Assembly (NCBI GenBank): GCA_963845185.1
Contig: CAWJRG010000005.1
Location: 740,867 to 804,866 of the forward strand
Direction of reading: 5' to 3'
DNA from: an uncultured bacterium
Lineage (GTDB): Bacteria; Oederibacteriota; PGYV01; CAWJRG01
DNA length: 64,000 nucleotides
Under the pieces are notes generated by a model. That model was not told the DNA's origin, ran no database searches, and saw only the letters and a program-made list of their open reading frames with translations. Below, in pieces: positions 8,583 through 18,676 of this stretch (positions within the stretch are counted from its first letter, which is position 1; each line of letters begins with the position of its first letter). The translations under genes were made by a program, and so were the position numbers.

Positions 8583-11500
8583 TTACTTTAATATAATAAT
8601 CGTATCAGTCTTAGACTTTACCTTCACTCCGCCTTTTTCGGCTATTACCATATAATAATATGTACCTGAGCTAAAACCATTAAATAAGTTGCTGTCGCAG
8701 GTCAAAACTAATCCACCTTCTACCTGTTCTACGTTTTGCCCTGTTCCGTCAAATATTTCTTCCTTTATCAGTCTGTACGCCACTGTATATATTTTCAGAG
8801 TCATACTGTCTATATTGTTTTGCGACATATTAACCAGTATTTTTAAAGGTGTTATTACAGGATTAATCGGGTTTGGATAAGGCATTACTGTCCCTACTTT
8901 CAGCGGCCCAGTCGGCGGCAATGTAGGTGTATTTGTCATTGTAATTGTCAGCGGTATTGTAGGCGTATCGGTCATTGTTATTGTGCCCATGGCTGTGTTT
9001 GTCGCTATCAATGTACAGGCGCACGTCGCTGTATATGTAGGGGTGGGTGATGGGAAGTAAACTACAATATATGTAGCAGTAATGGTGTATGTCCACACGC
9101 ACGGCCCGCAAGTATATGTAGAAGTAATTGTAGGCGTGGCCGTCAGAGTGATCGCACCCGAAGTAATCGTCATAGTTACCGTACACGTATTCGTTATTGT
9201 CTGGATAAAGACTATTCCTGTTAGCGTCATCGTTATCGTATATGTAGGTGTGTTTGATAAAACAGGCGATATGGTGGATGTAGGTGTAGCCGTATTTGTC
9301 GGCGTATTTGATACTATAGGCGATATTGTGCATGTCGGAGTTATGGTTGGAGACAAACATATTCCGAATTTTTCTATCCTGTTGTTATAATAATCCGCTA
9401 CATATACTTCATCGCTTCCGTCTATTGCGATACCGGAAGGAGAATTAAACTGTCCGGCTCCGGTACCTCTTGTGCCCCACTGAGTTTTATATGTGCCGTC
9501 GGAGCTGAATTTTTGTATTCTGTTGTTATTTGGGTCGGCTACATAAAGCGCGCCACTGCTGTCAAATGCCATGCATAATGGGCCCTCAAATGCCCCGTTT
9601 CCCGTCCCCTGACTTCCCCACCTTGTAATATATGAGCCGGTTGACGAGAATATATCAATCCAGTTGTACATCCAATCGGCAACAAATACGTTGCCGTTGG
9701 CGTCTATTGCCAGTCCTACAGGTTCATACATTTCTCCGGGATAAACACCGTAAGTGCCGAATTGCCCCAGATATATGCCTGTTGAAGTGAATTCCTGTAT
9801 CCTGCTATTGCCTGAATCAGCCACGTATACCGTGCCGGTGAGATTATTTACCGTTACTCCTGAAGGGCGGTTGAACTGGCCGTTGCCGGTACCACTTCCG
9901 CCCCATTGTCCCAGATATGTGCCTGTTGAAGTGAATTCCTGTATCCTGTTGTTGCCTGAATCAGCCACGTATACCGTGCCGGCGGTACTTACAGCGATTA
10001 AATAAGGAGCGTTGAATTGCCCGTTCCCGCTTCCCGTGCCGCCCCACTGGGTTAAATAATTCCCCGAAGAGTCGAATTTCTCTATCCTGTTATTGCCAAT
10101 ATCGACCACATATACATTTCCGCCGGTATCAATGGCCAGTGAATACGGATTGTTAAATTGACCGTTGCCGGTCCCTGATGTCCCCCATTGAAACATATAA
10201 CACGGCGGATTCGTGCTGATAAACATTGTCGCGGTAAAAGTCGGCGTGGCTGATACAACAGGCGATATTGTAATTGTATTTGTAATCGAATATGTCGGCG
10301 TTATCGAGTATGTATTTGTTATCGTGTATGTGGGTGTGTACGTCAAGACCGGCGATATTGTGCCTGATATTGTATATGTAGGCGTATTTGTAGCGGTTAT
10401 AACAATGGCTGTATAAGACTTTGTTATGGTATAAGTCGGAGTGATAGTATTGGTAAAAACTATTCCTGTCAATGTCGGCGTAGGAGATATTATACCGGTT
10501 TGCGTCTGCGTAAAAGTGTCCTGCGGCGTGTTTGTAACAGTAGGTGAAAGATAACAGATGGTAAATGTCATCGTAATTGTGTATGTTACCGTAATTGTTG
10601 GCGTATTGGTGAATGTTGGCGAAATTGTAAATGTAGGTGTCTCTGATACTTCCGGTGAAATGGTGCTTGTCGGTGAAAATGTCAATGTAGGTGTTACCGA
10701 AGGCGTGGGCGTTGGACTGGATAAAGGCGCATCATTTCCATTAGCGTCTGTTTTGATTAAATATACGTCATACCCGCCTGCGCCAAACGAGTTTGTATAC
10801 CCTGCTATAATATACCCGCCGTCGCTCGTCTGTTGCACCGACTGTCCTTCATCATCGCCACTGCCGCCAAATGTCTGTGTCCATACACTATTCCCGCTCG
10901 CATCAGCTTTAATCAGATATACATCATTTCCTCCGGCTCCAAATGAGGCTGTATACCCTGTTGCTATGTACCCTCCATCGCCTGTCTGCTACACTGACCG
11001 TCCTTCATCATCGCCACTGCCGCCAAACGTCTGTGTCCAAACACTATTCCCGCTCGCATCAGCTTTAATTAGATATACATCATTTCCTCCGGCTCCAAAT
11101 GAGGCTGTATACCCTGTTACTATATACCCTCCATCGCCTGTCTGCTGCACTGAATAGCCGGCATCATCATTATTTCCACCAAAATGAGTATATGATTGCT
11201 GGTTCCCATTCGCGTCGGTTTTAATCAAAACGACATGATTATATTCCGGCACACCAAAGCCTAATGAATTTGTGCTGCCTGTAATAATATATCCCCCATC
11301 GTTCGTCAACTGCATCGAATAACCCCTATCGGTAGCATATCCATAGGTTTGGCTCCAAACACTATTCCCGTCTGCATCGGTCTTTATCAAAAATTCTTTA
11401 ACCCACGAATTATTATTAATAGCAGTTCCTGCTATTGCATACCCTCCATCGCTTGTTTGCCTTACTGAATAACCTGTAATATATTTGCTGTTGCTTCCGC

Positions 11501-11906
11501 CGAATTCAAAAGTCTGGGCCTGGGTCCATACACAATCCCCGCTCGCATCGGTTTTTATTAAATATACAGGGGCAATAGTGCCAAAAGAATTTGTTGCCCC
11601 TGTTATTATATACCCGCCGTCGCTCGTCTGCTGCACAGAATAGCCCCTGTCATTGCCGCTGCCGCCAAATGTCTGTGCCCATATGCAATCCCCGTTGCTG
11701 TCGGTTTTGATTAAATATACATCCATATCCCCTGCGCCATATGAGGCTGTGTACCCCGTTATTATATACCCGCCGTCTGATGTCTGCTGCACTGAATATC
11801 CCTCATCGTCCCCACTGCCGCCAAAGGTCTTTTGCCAGCAAAAGGCAGGGCTGCATATGAATAAAATTATTCCTGTTACCATTATTAAGACTATTGTTTT
11901 TTTCAT
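8583..11906 (-). pseudogene. Secreted protein with [12 protein letters not shown] propeller repeats, Thr-rich linker, NHL propeller and CTD-like domain, split by an in-frame TAG at 10989-10991
   Basis: ORFs 10989..11906 and 8583..10838 share a frame. The stop replaces Q in the repeat consensus SVQQTGDGG (CAG>TAG). Confidence 0.8.
10845..11156. repeat. Near-identical 156-bp tandem duplication (one 52-aa propeller blade)
   Basis: TCCTTCATCATCGCCACTGCCGCCAAA starts at both 10845 and 11001, and the units differ at only a few positions. Confidence 0.9.
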
Positions 11907-12149
11907 TGCCGCCGCCTTTTTATCCTTCTTAACCTAAACCTTATATATACAGTATATATGATAATTATTGTTTTTCAAGGTTTTTGTTGTGCAATAGGAT
12001 ATACAATATCAATTCAGTAAAGCAAACCTCCTCAATCCTGTTGAGAAATACTTATTATAAATTCTTTGAACTCTCATCGTTGAATATTCCACTGGAATAT
12101 TCAACCCCCCTTTGTTAAAGGAGGATTTAATGTCCGGGGGCAAAAAACC

Positions 12150-12178
12150 TTGACATGCATCGAGTTTTACCTTATAAT
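12150..12178 (+). promoter_or_regulatory. Sigma70-type promoter of the rpmH operon
   Basis: Perfect TTGACA (12150-12155), 17-bp spacer, TATAAT (12173-12178). Confidence 0.85.
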
Positions 12179-12236
12179 TCCCTCATAATTTAAAACCTTT
12201 TTTAAACTTTACTTATTAAAAAAACCGGAGAAAAAA

Positions 12237-12377
12237 ATGCCAAAAAGGACTTTTCAGCCCCACAGGAAAAGGGCAAAGAGAAAACACGGATTCTTACGCA
12301 GGATGTCTTCGCACGGAGGCCGCAGGGTCATTAACGCGAGGCGGAGAAAAGGCAGAAAAAAACTTACCAGGGTATAG
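12237..12377 (+). CDS. rpmH: 50S ribosomal protein L34
   Basis: Below the ORF-track cutoff. Translates to [46 protein letters not shown]. Confidence 0.97.
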   Translation: MPKRTFQPHRKRAKRKHGFLRRMSSHGGRRVINARRRKGRKKLTRV

Positions 12378-12395
12378 GATTTCAGGAGTTTTTCA

Positions 12396-12740
12396 ATTAT
12401 CAATAAATTATCCACCAGGCAGCAAATACGTTTGTTAATGAAAACCGGGGTAAAAGTCCAGAATGAATTTTTTTCTGTTTTTGCGAATGCCAAAAACCCC
12501 GAAGCAAAAAAAAACGCGTTTTTTGTCGCTAATATAGCAAAAAAATCAATAGCCAAAAGCGTGGACAGGAACCTTTACAAGCGCCGGATAAAATCAGTTT
12601 TTATCAACCACAGGGGTGAGTTTAAAAACCTGGATGTTTTGATTATGCCCGGCAAAAAACTGAACACGCTGAAAAGCTTTGCTGAAATCGAGGAAAAATT
12701 GAATATTCTATTTAAGCAGCTTACAGGGAGGCAGGTATGA
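12396..12740 (+). CDS. rnpA: Ribonuclease P protein component, start uncertain (probable ATT at 12396)
   Basis: RNR-like motif [11 protein letters not shown] and position between rpmH and yidD. Confidence 0.85.
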   Translation: MINKLSTRQQIRLLMKTGVKVQNEFFSVFANAKNPEAKKNAFFVANIAKKSIAKSVDRNLYKRRIKSVFINHRGEFKNLDVLIMPGKKLNTLKSFAEIEEKLNILFKQLTGRQV

Positions 12741-12946
12741 AAACAGTATTAATAGCCCTGCTTTCTTTTTATAAAAAATTCATATCCCCTTTCATGCCGC
12801 GCTCATGCAGGTTTTATCCCACATGCGCCGATTATTCAAAGGAAGCTATAATTAAATACGGCGCGGCGCGCGGCGCAGTGAAGTCGATAAAAAGGATTTG
12901 CAAGTGTCACCCTTTTCATCCCGGCGGATATGATCCCGTGGAATAG
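12737..12946 (+). CDS. yidD: Membrane protein insertion efficiency factor
   Basis: CRFYPTCxxY and [16 protein letters not shown] motifs. Confidence 0.97.
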   Translation: MKTVLIALLSFYKKFISPFMPRSCRFYPTCADYSKEAIIKYGAARGAVKSIKRICKCHPFHPGGYDPVE

Positions 12947-13040
12947 ACAGGAAAGAACAATTAAAATTGTCAATTAAGGTTTGTTTTTCATTGATAATTG
13001 AAACCTGATAATTGAAAATTATTTTAACCCGGAGGTTTTA

Positions 13041-14678
13041 ATGGACGATAATACAAAAAGGCTTTTGATATTCATAGCGCTGGCAGCAGGCATACTTTTC
13101 TTTTATAACAAGGTTTTCACGCCGCCCAACGCGGCAAGAAATTCCCAGCAGCCCGTCACGGCAGCGGTAAATTCATCCGGCGCTTCTTCCGGAGCCGCAT
13201 CGCCTGCTATTGTAATGGAAACCAAACCGGCCTCAAAGCCCAAGTCTGAAAAAACATACACGCTTGAAAACGACCTTGTTAAAATTACCTTTTCAAATAT
13301 AGGCGGGGGCATAATAAAAAGCTGCCTTTTAAAAAAATATTCGGATTCAGACAAGGGCAAAGAGCCGCTTGAGCTTGTTGCCGACAGTTCCTCGTATGAT
13401 TACATGTCGCTTTCTTCCCCTTCACTTAAACTCAATGAACTTGCGTGGAAAACTCCCGGTATAGGCATACGCGGCCAGGATACTGTAATATCCTTCTCAA
13501 CCCAGTTGCCCGGCATGGAAATAGTACGGCAGTTCGTGCTTAAAAATTCCTCCTACGAGCTTGAATCCACGATAAAATTCATAAACAAGTCCCTTACCCC
13601 TGCAGCCATCCAGGATTTAAAACTCGAGTGGGGCCCGAACGTGCATTTAATGCCGCAGGAAGCCAAAAAAACAAACGTCGGCATGGGCCAATATAATTAC
13701 AACAAAGTTATGTACATGGCAGCCAATAATTTAAAAACAATTAACTTAAAGCCGGTATCAGCCGAGACAATAAACGTGATTTCCGAAAAGCCCTCCTGGA
13801 TTGTGCTCCGCGACCTTTATTTCATGAGTTCTTTTATTTTACAGGACACCGCGGCCGTAAAAAACGCCTATGTAAGACAAAATATTGACGGTTCAGGCAC
13901 CATAGGCCTGAACTTTGAAAATATAATAGTGGACAAATCCTCGGAAAAATCAATTACACTGGATTCCTTTATCGGCCCGCAGGAATACAAAAGGCTCCAC
14001 ACCGTGGGCCTGGAAAAAGTGATCGGCATGGGCTGGGTGAGGCTCCTCGGCGTAGGCATGCTGTATGCCCTCGAATTCCTTTATAGCATTACGCGCAACT
14101 ACGGCGTGGCCATAATACTGCTGACGCTCATAATAAGACTGCTGCTGTGGGCTCCGTCGCAGAACACTTACAAGCACATGAAGGACATGCAGAAAAAAAT
14201 GAGCGTTATCAAACCCCGGCTGGATACCCTGCAGAAAATATACAAAAACGACGCGGCAAAACTGAACGAAGAAACAATGAAGCTTTACAAGGAATACAAG
14301 ATAAACCCTCTCGGCGGCTGCCTGCCGTCATTGCTGCAGCTGCCCATATTCATAGCGCTTTACGCGACCCTCGTCAATATGGTCGAGCTGAAAGGCGCTG
14401 GTTTTGCCGGCTGGCTGACCGACCTGTCAAGCTATGACAAATTTTATGTTTTGCCCGTGCTCATGGGTGTTACCATGTTTATCCAGCAGAAAATGACGAC
14501 CACGGTTTCCACCACGCCCGAGCAGGTGGCGCAGCAAAAAATATTCATGTACGGCATGCCCGTGTTTTTTGCCTTCATGTCCCTGCACTGGCCGTCCGGC
14601 CTCTTGCTTTACTGGGCGGTCTCAAATGTACTTTCGATAATCCAGCAGGTTTTTGTCAATAAAACAAATATAGCTTAA
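13041..14678 (+). CDS. yidC: Membrane protein insertase YidC
   Basis: Large periplasmic domain, NYGVAIILLT, INPLGGCLP, QLPIF and GLLLYW motifs. Confidence 0.97.
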   Translation: MDDNTKRLLIFIALAAGILFFYNKVFTPPNAARNSQQPVTAAVNSSGASSGAASPAIVMETKPASKPKSEKTYTLENDLVKITFSNIGGGIIKSCLLKKYSDSDKGKEPLELVADSSSYDYMSLSSPSLKLNELAWKTPGIGIRGQDTVISFSTQLPGMEIVRQFVLKNSSYELESTIKFINKSLTPAAIQDLKLEWGPNVHLMPQEAKKTNVGMGQYNYNKVMYMAANNLKTINLKPVSAETINVISEKPSWIVLRDLYFMSSFILQDTAAVKNAYVRQNIDGSGTIGLNFENIIVDKSSEKSITLDSFIGPQEYKRLHTVGLEKVIGMGWVRLLGVGMLYALEFLYSITRNYGVAIILLTLIIRLLLWAPSQNTYKHMKDMQKKMSVIKPRLDTLQKIYKNDAAKLNEETMKLYKEYKINPLGGCLPSLLQLPIFIALYATLVNMVELKGAGFAGWLTDLSSYDKFYVLPVLMGVTMFIQQKMTTTVSTTPEQVAQQKIFMYGMPVFFAFMSLHWPSGLLLYWAVSNVLSIIQQVFVNKTNIA

Positions 14679-14690
14679 AAAGGATAAAAA

Positions 14691-15335
14691 ATGACCCAGT
14701 CAAGGAAGACATGCGGGACAATCTCAGGTGCGGTAAAAGAATTCTTGACCGAGAACAACCTCGGCCTTGACTGCGTAACCGCAAACCTTGTGTGCGAAAA
14801 GATATTCACCGACAAAAAGGAATACACGCTTGAATTGTGCAGGAGAATAAAACAGGAACGCAAATACCCGGAAATACAGGAATGCGACATCACCTTCATA
14901 GAATCAACAATAAACCATTTGCTCAGCCTTATGAAATTCATCGATTTTACCGTCACTCATTGTATTGAAAACGACATGGCCATAATAAAAATATCCGCGC
15001 CGAACAAGGACGGCCTTCTCATAGGGAAAAACGGCCAGAACCTGCTTGCCTTGCAGTACCTGCTCTCGATAATACTCGACAAAAAACTGAAAAAGCACGT
15101 CCCTTTTGCCGTAAACGTCGATTCATACATGGAAAAAAGATGCGCATACCTCAAGGGCCTGGCCAGGACGCTCGCCGAACGGGTCATTCAGGAAAACTCC
15201 GAAGCCGTAACTGATTACCTGCCTGCTTACGAGCGCAAGATAATCCACGAGGAAATTTCGTCAATGCAGCCCCTGAAAACATTCAGCGTAGGCAGGGGGC
15301 CTTATAAAAAGGTTGTAATAACGGCTTTATTATGA
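14691..15335 (+). CDS. jag: Jag/EloR KH-R3H RNA-binding protein
   Basis: KH motif LIGKNGQNLLALQYL, R3H motif ERKIIH, and synteny after yidC. Confidence 0.9.
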   Translation: MTQSRKTCGTISGAVKEFLTENNLGLDCVTANLVCEKIFTDKKEYTLELCRRIKQERKYPEIQECDITFIESTINHLLSLMKFIDFTVTHCIENDMAIIKISAPNKDGLLIGKNGQNLLALQYLLSIILDKKLKKHVPFAVNVDSYMEKRCAYLKGLARTLAERVIQENSEAVTDYLPAYERKIIHEEISSMQPLKTFSVGRGPYKKVVITALL

Positions 15336-15359
15336 GCAATCTTGGGTAACGGTGCGTTC

Positions 15360-16748
15360 ATGGACCATCCTATAGCCGCCATAGCTACATTCCCGGCCGA
15401 AAGTGCCATAGGCATTATCCGCGTTTCAGGCAGGGATATTTTCCCCGCGCTCGAAAAAATCTGCGAGTTTAAAAACAAATCAAAAAATTTTAAAACCGTC
15501 CCGGGGCAGACAGTGTCTTTGTGCCTTATAAAAAACAAATATAAGATTGTTGATGAGGCGCTCGTGTCAATTTTTAAAGCTCCCGACTCCTATACCGGCG
15601 AAGACATGGCGGAAATCTCCGTTCATGGCAACCCTTTCATACTTTATAAAATCATAAATCTCCTCATGGAGTCGGGCTTTAAGATAGCCGAGCCTGGCGA
15701 GTTCACTAAGCGGGCTTTTTTAAACGGCAAAATGGACCTGTCCCAGGCAGAAGCCGTGCTTGATGTAATATCCGCCAAAAACGACCAGGCGCTTTCATTG
15801 TCCATAAACCAGCTTCAGGGGAAAGAAAAAAACATAATAAAGGATTTAAGGGACAAAATAATAGACATTCTTTCGAAAACAGAGGCTGAAATTGACTTTG
15901 CCTATGAAGACCTGGAAAAAACCCCGGTTCAGGAAATTAAAAAGTCCATAGAAGGCATATCCGTCGAAATCGAAAAACTGATACAGAACGCGGACAAAGG
16001 CATGCTTTTGAAAAACGGCATAAAACTCGTGATAACCGGCAAGCCAAATACCGGAAAGTCAAGCCTTCTTAACTGCCTTGTAAAAAAGGACAAGGCAATA
16101 GTCACGCACATACCCGGCACCACAAGGGATATTATAGAAGACACGCTCATCATGGAAGGGCTGCCTTTCAGGGTATTTGACACGGCCGGCATAAGAAAAA
16201 CAAAAAACAAAATAGAGGCTGAGGGCGTAAAACGCGCAAGACAGGCAATAAAAAATGCGGACATTGTTATTTTCCTCGCCGACGGCTCAAGAAAACTCTC
16301 GCTCGAGGACTTCTTGCTTTACAGGGAAATAAAAGGCAAAAAATATATTATAGCCATTAACAAATCCGACTTAAAACAGGCTTTTAGCCCTGAGGCTTTA
16401 AAAAAGCACCTTAAACTTGCAACTTTAAACCCTGCTCCTGTTTGCATCTCAGCCCTTAAGAAAAAAGGCATAAATGACTTAACAAAAGCGGTAAAAAATA
16501 TTATAATTGACATATCTGGGTCAGGCGCCGAAGAAGTGACCGTGACAAACCTTAGGCACAAAAACGCGCTTATCTCCGCAAAAAAAAGCCTGCAAAATGC
16601 CTTAAAAGCCCTGCGGGATAATCTGTCCCACGAGTTTATAGCAGCGGATGTGAAGGAAGCTGCCAGCGCGATGGGCTCCATTATAGGCGAGGTTACAGCC
16701 GGGGACATACTCGAAAATATATTTAAAAAATTTTGCATAGGAAAATAA
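15360..16748 (+). CDS. mnmE: tRNA modification GTPase MnmE
   Basis: IAAIAT, SYTGED, GKPNTGKSS, PGTTRD, DTAG, NKSD and C-terminal FCIGK. Confidence 0.98.
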   Translation: MDHPIAAIATFPAESAIGIIRVSGRDIFPALEKICEFKNKSKNFKTVPGQTVSLCLIKNKYKIVDEALVSIFKAPDSYTGEDMAEISVHGNPFILYKIINLLMESGFKIAEPGEFTKRAFLNGKMDLSQAEAVLDVISAKNDQALSLSINQLQGKEKNIIKDLRDKIIDILSKTEAEIDFAYEDLEKTPVQEIKKSIEGISVEIEKLIQNADKGMLLKNGIKLVITGKPNTGKSSLLNCLVKKDKAIVTHIPGTTRDIIEDTLIMEGLPFRVFDTAGIRKTKNKIEAEGVKRARQAIKNADIVIFLADGSRKLSLEDFLLYREIKGKKYIIAINKSDLKQAFSPEALKKHLKLATLNPAPVCISALKKKGINDLTKAVKNIIIDISGSGAEEVTVTNLRHKNALISAKKSLQNALKALRDNLSHEFIAADVKEAASAMGSIIGEVTAGDILENIFKKFCIGK

Positions 16749-16753
16749 AAGTA

Positions 16754-16846
16754 CGTTGATTTTGTCGAGCGTCAACAGCGACGACAAAATCTTACGGACC
16801 CTTATACCCGCTCAAGTCCCGAGCGCAGTGAGGGACAAGAGGTATA
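16754..16846 (+). repeat. Two-hairpin element copy
   Basis: CGTTGATTTTGTCG...CGACAAAATCTTACG followed by TACCCGCTCAAGTCCC...GGGACAAGAGGTA. Confidence 0.85.
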
Positions 16847-16849
16847 AAA

Positions 16850-17371
16850 ATGCTTACAAGAAAAATTTTACTGGCAATTGCCTGCATAGCTGCTTTGGCC
16901 GTGATAGTCCATTTCACCATTGTACGGCCTCAGGCCGGGATTGCTTATTTAAGGCCCGGCGACCGGGTGCAGGATTTTATTATCGGCATGAAAAACAGCA
17001 CGTTGTACAGGCTAAGTGACTTCATAGGAAAATATATCCTTGTAATTACATTCTCCAGCGACAATGAAAACTCAATTAAGTTCCGCGAAAAGACAGAAAG
17101 CGCGATAAAAAAACTTGTTTTGCCTAAAAACAATATTGCATGGTTCAGTGTCGAAAAAGACGGCATTCATGCCGTGATAAACGAAATAGCCGGCGACAGC
17201 GCCGGCGCGTACAGGACCCTATATTCGAATATACCGAAATTTTATTATTTCTCATCCTATCCTTCGCTGATTGTCGTTGATAAAAAAGGCATGGTCGACA
17301 TGGTCTATACGGGCTACTCCCCCACCATGGTCGCTGATGTCAAAAAGGCTATAGAAGAAATGCTTCAATGA
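16850..17371 (+). CDS. Membrane-anchored thioredoxin-fold (redoxin/AhpC-TSA-like) protein lacking CxxC
   Basis: N-terminal TM helix, PGDRVQDF...LSDFIGK and YPSLIVVDKKG patterns typical of redoxins, with no catalytic cysteines. Confidence 0.6.
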   Translation: MLTRKILLAIACIAALAVIVHFTIVRPQAGIAYLRPGDRVQDFIIGMKNSTLYRLSDFIGKYILVITFSSDNENSIKFREKTESAIKKLVLPKNNIAWFSVEKDGIHAVINEIAGDSAGAYRTLYSNIPKFYYFSSYPSLIVVDKKGMVDMVYTGYSPTMVADVKKAIEEMLQ

Positions 17372-17721
17372 GAAAAAGAAACCGTAGCGCTTATGTACTT
17401 TTATTTTTTTCTTTTGTGCTGGCCATAATCGGCTTATTCCTTGCCAGTGACGCTTATTATAAAAACCTCAGCATAACAGTCGCAATAAACCAGATTGAAT
17501 TTTTCAGGGACCTGCCTTCAGTGGTAAAAGCCCAAATCCTCCCCCTGCCCCTGTATCAGGAAAATCCGGTTCTTGAGCACAATAAAAATTTAAAAGCAGT
17601 ATTTACTGGCGGATATTACAACGGCTCGCTGTCAATCAGGCAGGTAAAAATCAAAGTTTGCAGGGATTACAATCAAAAAGTTGAACTATTTTCCCTCGTA
17701 GACGCGAGATTGCGCCAATGA
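17368..17721 (+). CDS. Hypothetical protein with N-terminal TM helix, possibly pilin-like
   Basis: ATGA-coupled to the upstream gene. Basic leader followed by a hydrophobic helix. Confidence 0.6.
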   Translation: MRKRNRSAYVLLFFSFVLAIIGLFLASDAYYKNLSITVAINQIEFFRDLPSVVKAQILPLPLYQENPVLEHNKNLKAVFTGGYYNGSLSIRQVKIKVCRDYNQKVELFSLVDARLRQ

Positions 17722-18212
17722 GAAGGCCAAGACTTATTTTTTTAACTGCAATAATACTGCTGGCCGCGTGGTTTCAGTTTTTACTGACCGGTATTCAGAT
17801 AAAAATCTCCTCTTTTGACAAATTTATGAATATCAAAACCAAGCTTGAACGCGTCGCGTCTTTTTCATGCGGCACGGCGCCTGTTTTAAACAATTTGTCC
17901 GAAGCCGAAGATACTATAATACTGCAGTTGCCCGCTACAAATTCGAAGTATGAGGTTATCCCGGATTCTTTCGATTACGTGGCCGTAATTTATAAAAATA
18001 ACACTCTTTCAATATCGCTTTTCCCAGGTTTTTTGAGCGCGCGACAGCACGAAAGCATTTATTTCAGGAGCCTGGAACATTTCCGCCTGGGTTTCATGGA
18101 TAACCTTTTCTCCTGCGCCTGCAGTATTAACGGGAATTACTTTTATTATAATTTTTTTATTAATAAAAATTTGTATCTTATATCGCACGGCCAGAGGGGC
18201 GAAGTGCTGTGA
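17718..18212 (+). CDS. Hypothetical protein with N-terminal TM helix
   Basis: ATGA overlap with the preceding gene. Basic leader plus hydrophobic helix. Confidence 0.6.
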   Translation: MRRPRLIFLTAIILLAAWFQFLLTGIQIKISSFDKFMNIKTKLERVASFSCGTAPVLNNLSEAEDTIILQLPATNSKYEVIPDSFDYVAVIYKNNTLSISLFPGFLSARQHESIYFRSLEHFRLGFMDNLFSCACSINGNYFYYNFFINKNLYLISHGQRGEVL

Positions 18213-18529
18213 GAAGGTTCACATACGCCGTGGTAATTATGCTGGTAATAGTATATAACTTCTACGTTTTTATTTACGGCGTATTCCAGCAGTACAGGTC
18301 TCATGTTTATTACGTCGAGGCGCAAAAAAAATGCATGCTTGACTCGGGCCTTGTTGTCGCGCTTCATTATTACGAGGACTCGGATAAAAAAATCCCGATT
18401 GAAAAAAATACCGAGATAAATGAAACCCCTGTGAGCTATAATATAAAGGAAATCGACGCAAATCACATTTCTATTAAAATATGGCTGCCCGGAACTAAAG
18501 ACTACTTTGAATACGGGATGAAAAAATAA
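18209..18529 (+). CDS. Hypothetical protein with N-terminal TM helix
   Basis: GTGA overlap with a GAGGGG RBS. Last gene before the terminator. Confidence 0.6.
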   Translation: MRRFTYAVVIMLVIVYNFYVFIYGVFQQYRSHVYYVEAQKKCMLDSGLVVALHYYEDSDKKIPIEKNTEINETPVSYNIKEIDANHISIKIWLPGTKDYFEYGMKK

Positions 18530-18619
18530 GGTATAAAACAAACCTCCCTGGCCCCTCCTTGTTAAGGAGGGCAAGCAATTTCCCCTTTTAATAAAGGGGT
18601 ATTAAGTGGGTCATAGCTG

Positions 18620-18661
18620 CAAACAAAAAACCGCCGGATAAAACCGGCGGTTTTTTGTTGC
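18620..18661. terminator. Bidirectional intrinsic terminator
   Basis: AAAAAACCGCCGG-ATAAAA-CCGGCGGTTTTTT between convergent genes. Confidence 0.9.
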
Positions 18662-18676
18662 TGACCAAATAATAAA

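Noticed and set aside
2500..10200. Diversity-generating retroelement (template/variable repeat pair)
   Set aside because: No reverse transcriptase is present, and the repeat differences are not adenine-specific. These are ordinary NHL coding repeats.
3692..11157. Val/Gly-rich + strand ORFs (for example 3692..4318, 9082..9390, 10558..11157, also 60171..60470)
   Set aside because: They are reverse-complement read-outs of Thr/Pro linkers and repeats, with no independent coding evidence.
11907..12236. oriC next to rpmH
   Set aside because: There is no dnaA gene and no cluster of DnaA boxes.
2146..12377. Genome-wide TAG recoding suggested by three in-frame TAG codons
   Set aside because: yidD, uvrB, metY and rpmH end in TAG at their expected C-termini, so TAG is a normal stop. 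No pyrrolysine genes are present in the window.
12958..13022. AT-rich degenerate heptamer tracts (also ~38100-38165 and 49565-49645) and CCCCT(T/C)...AAGGAGG palindromes (~12105, ~18550)
   Set aside because: These are short, degenerate intergenic repeats with no supportable function.
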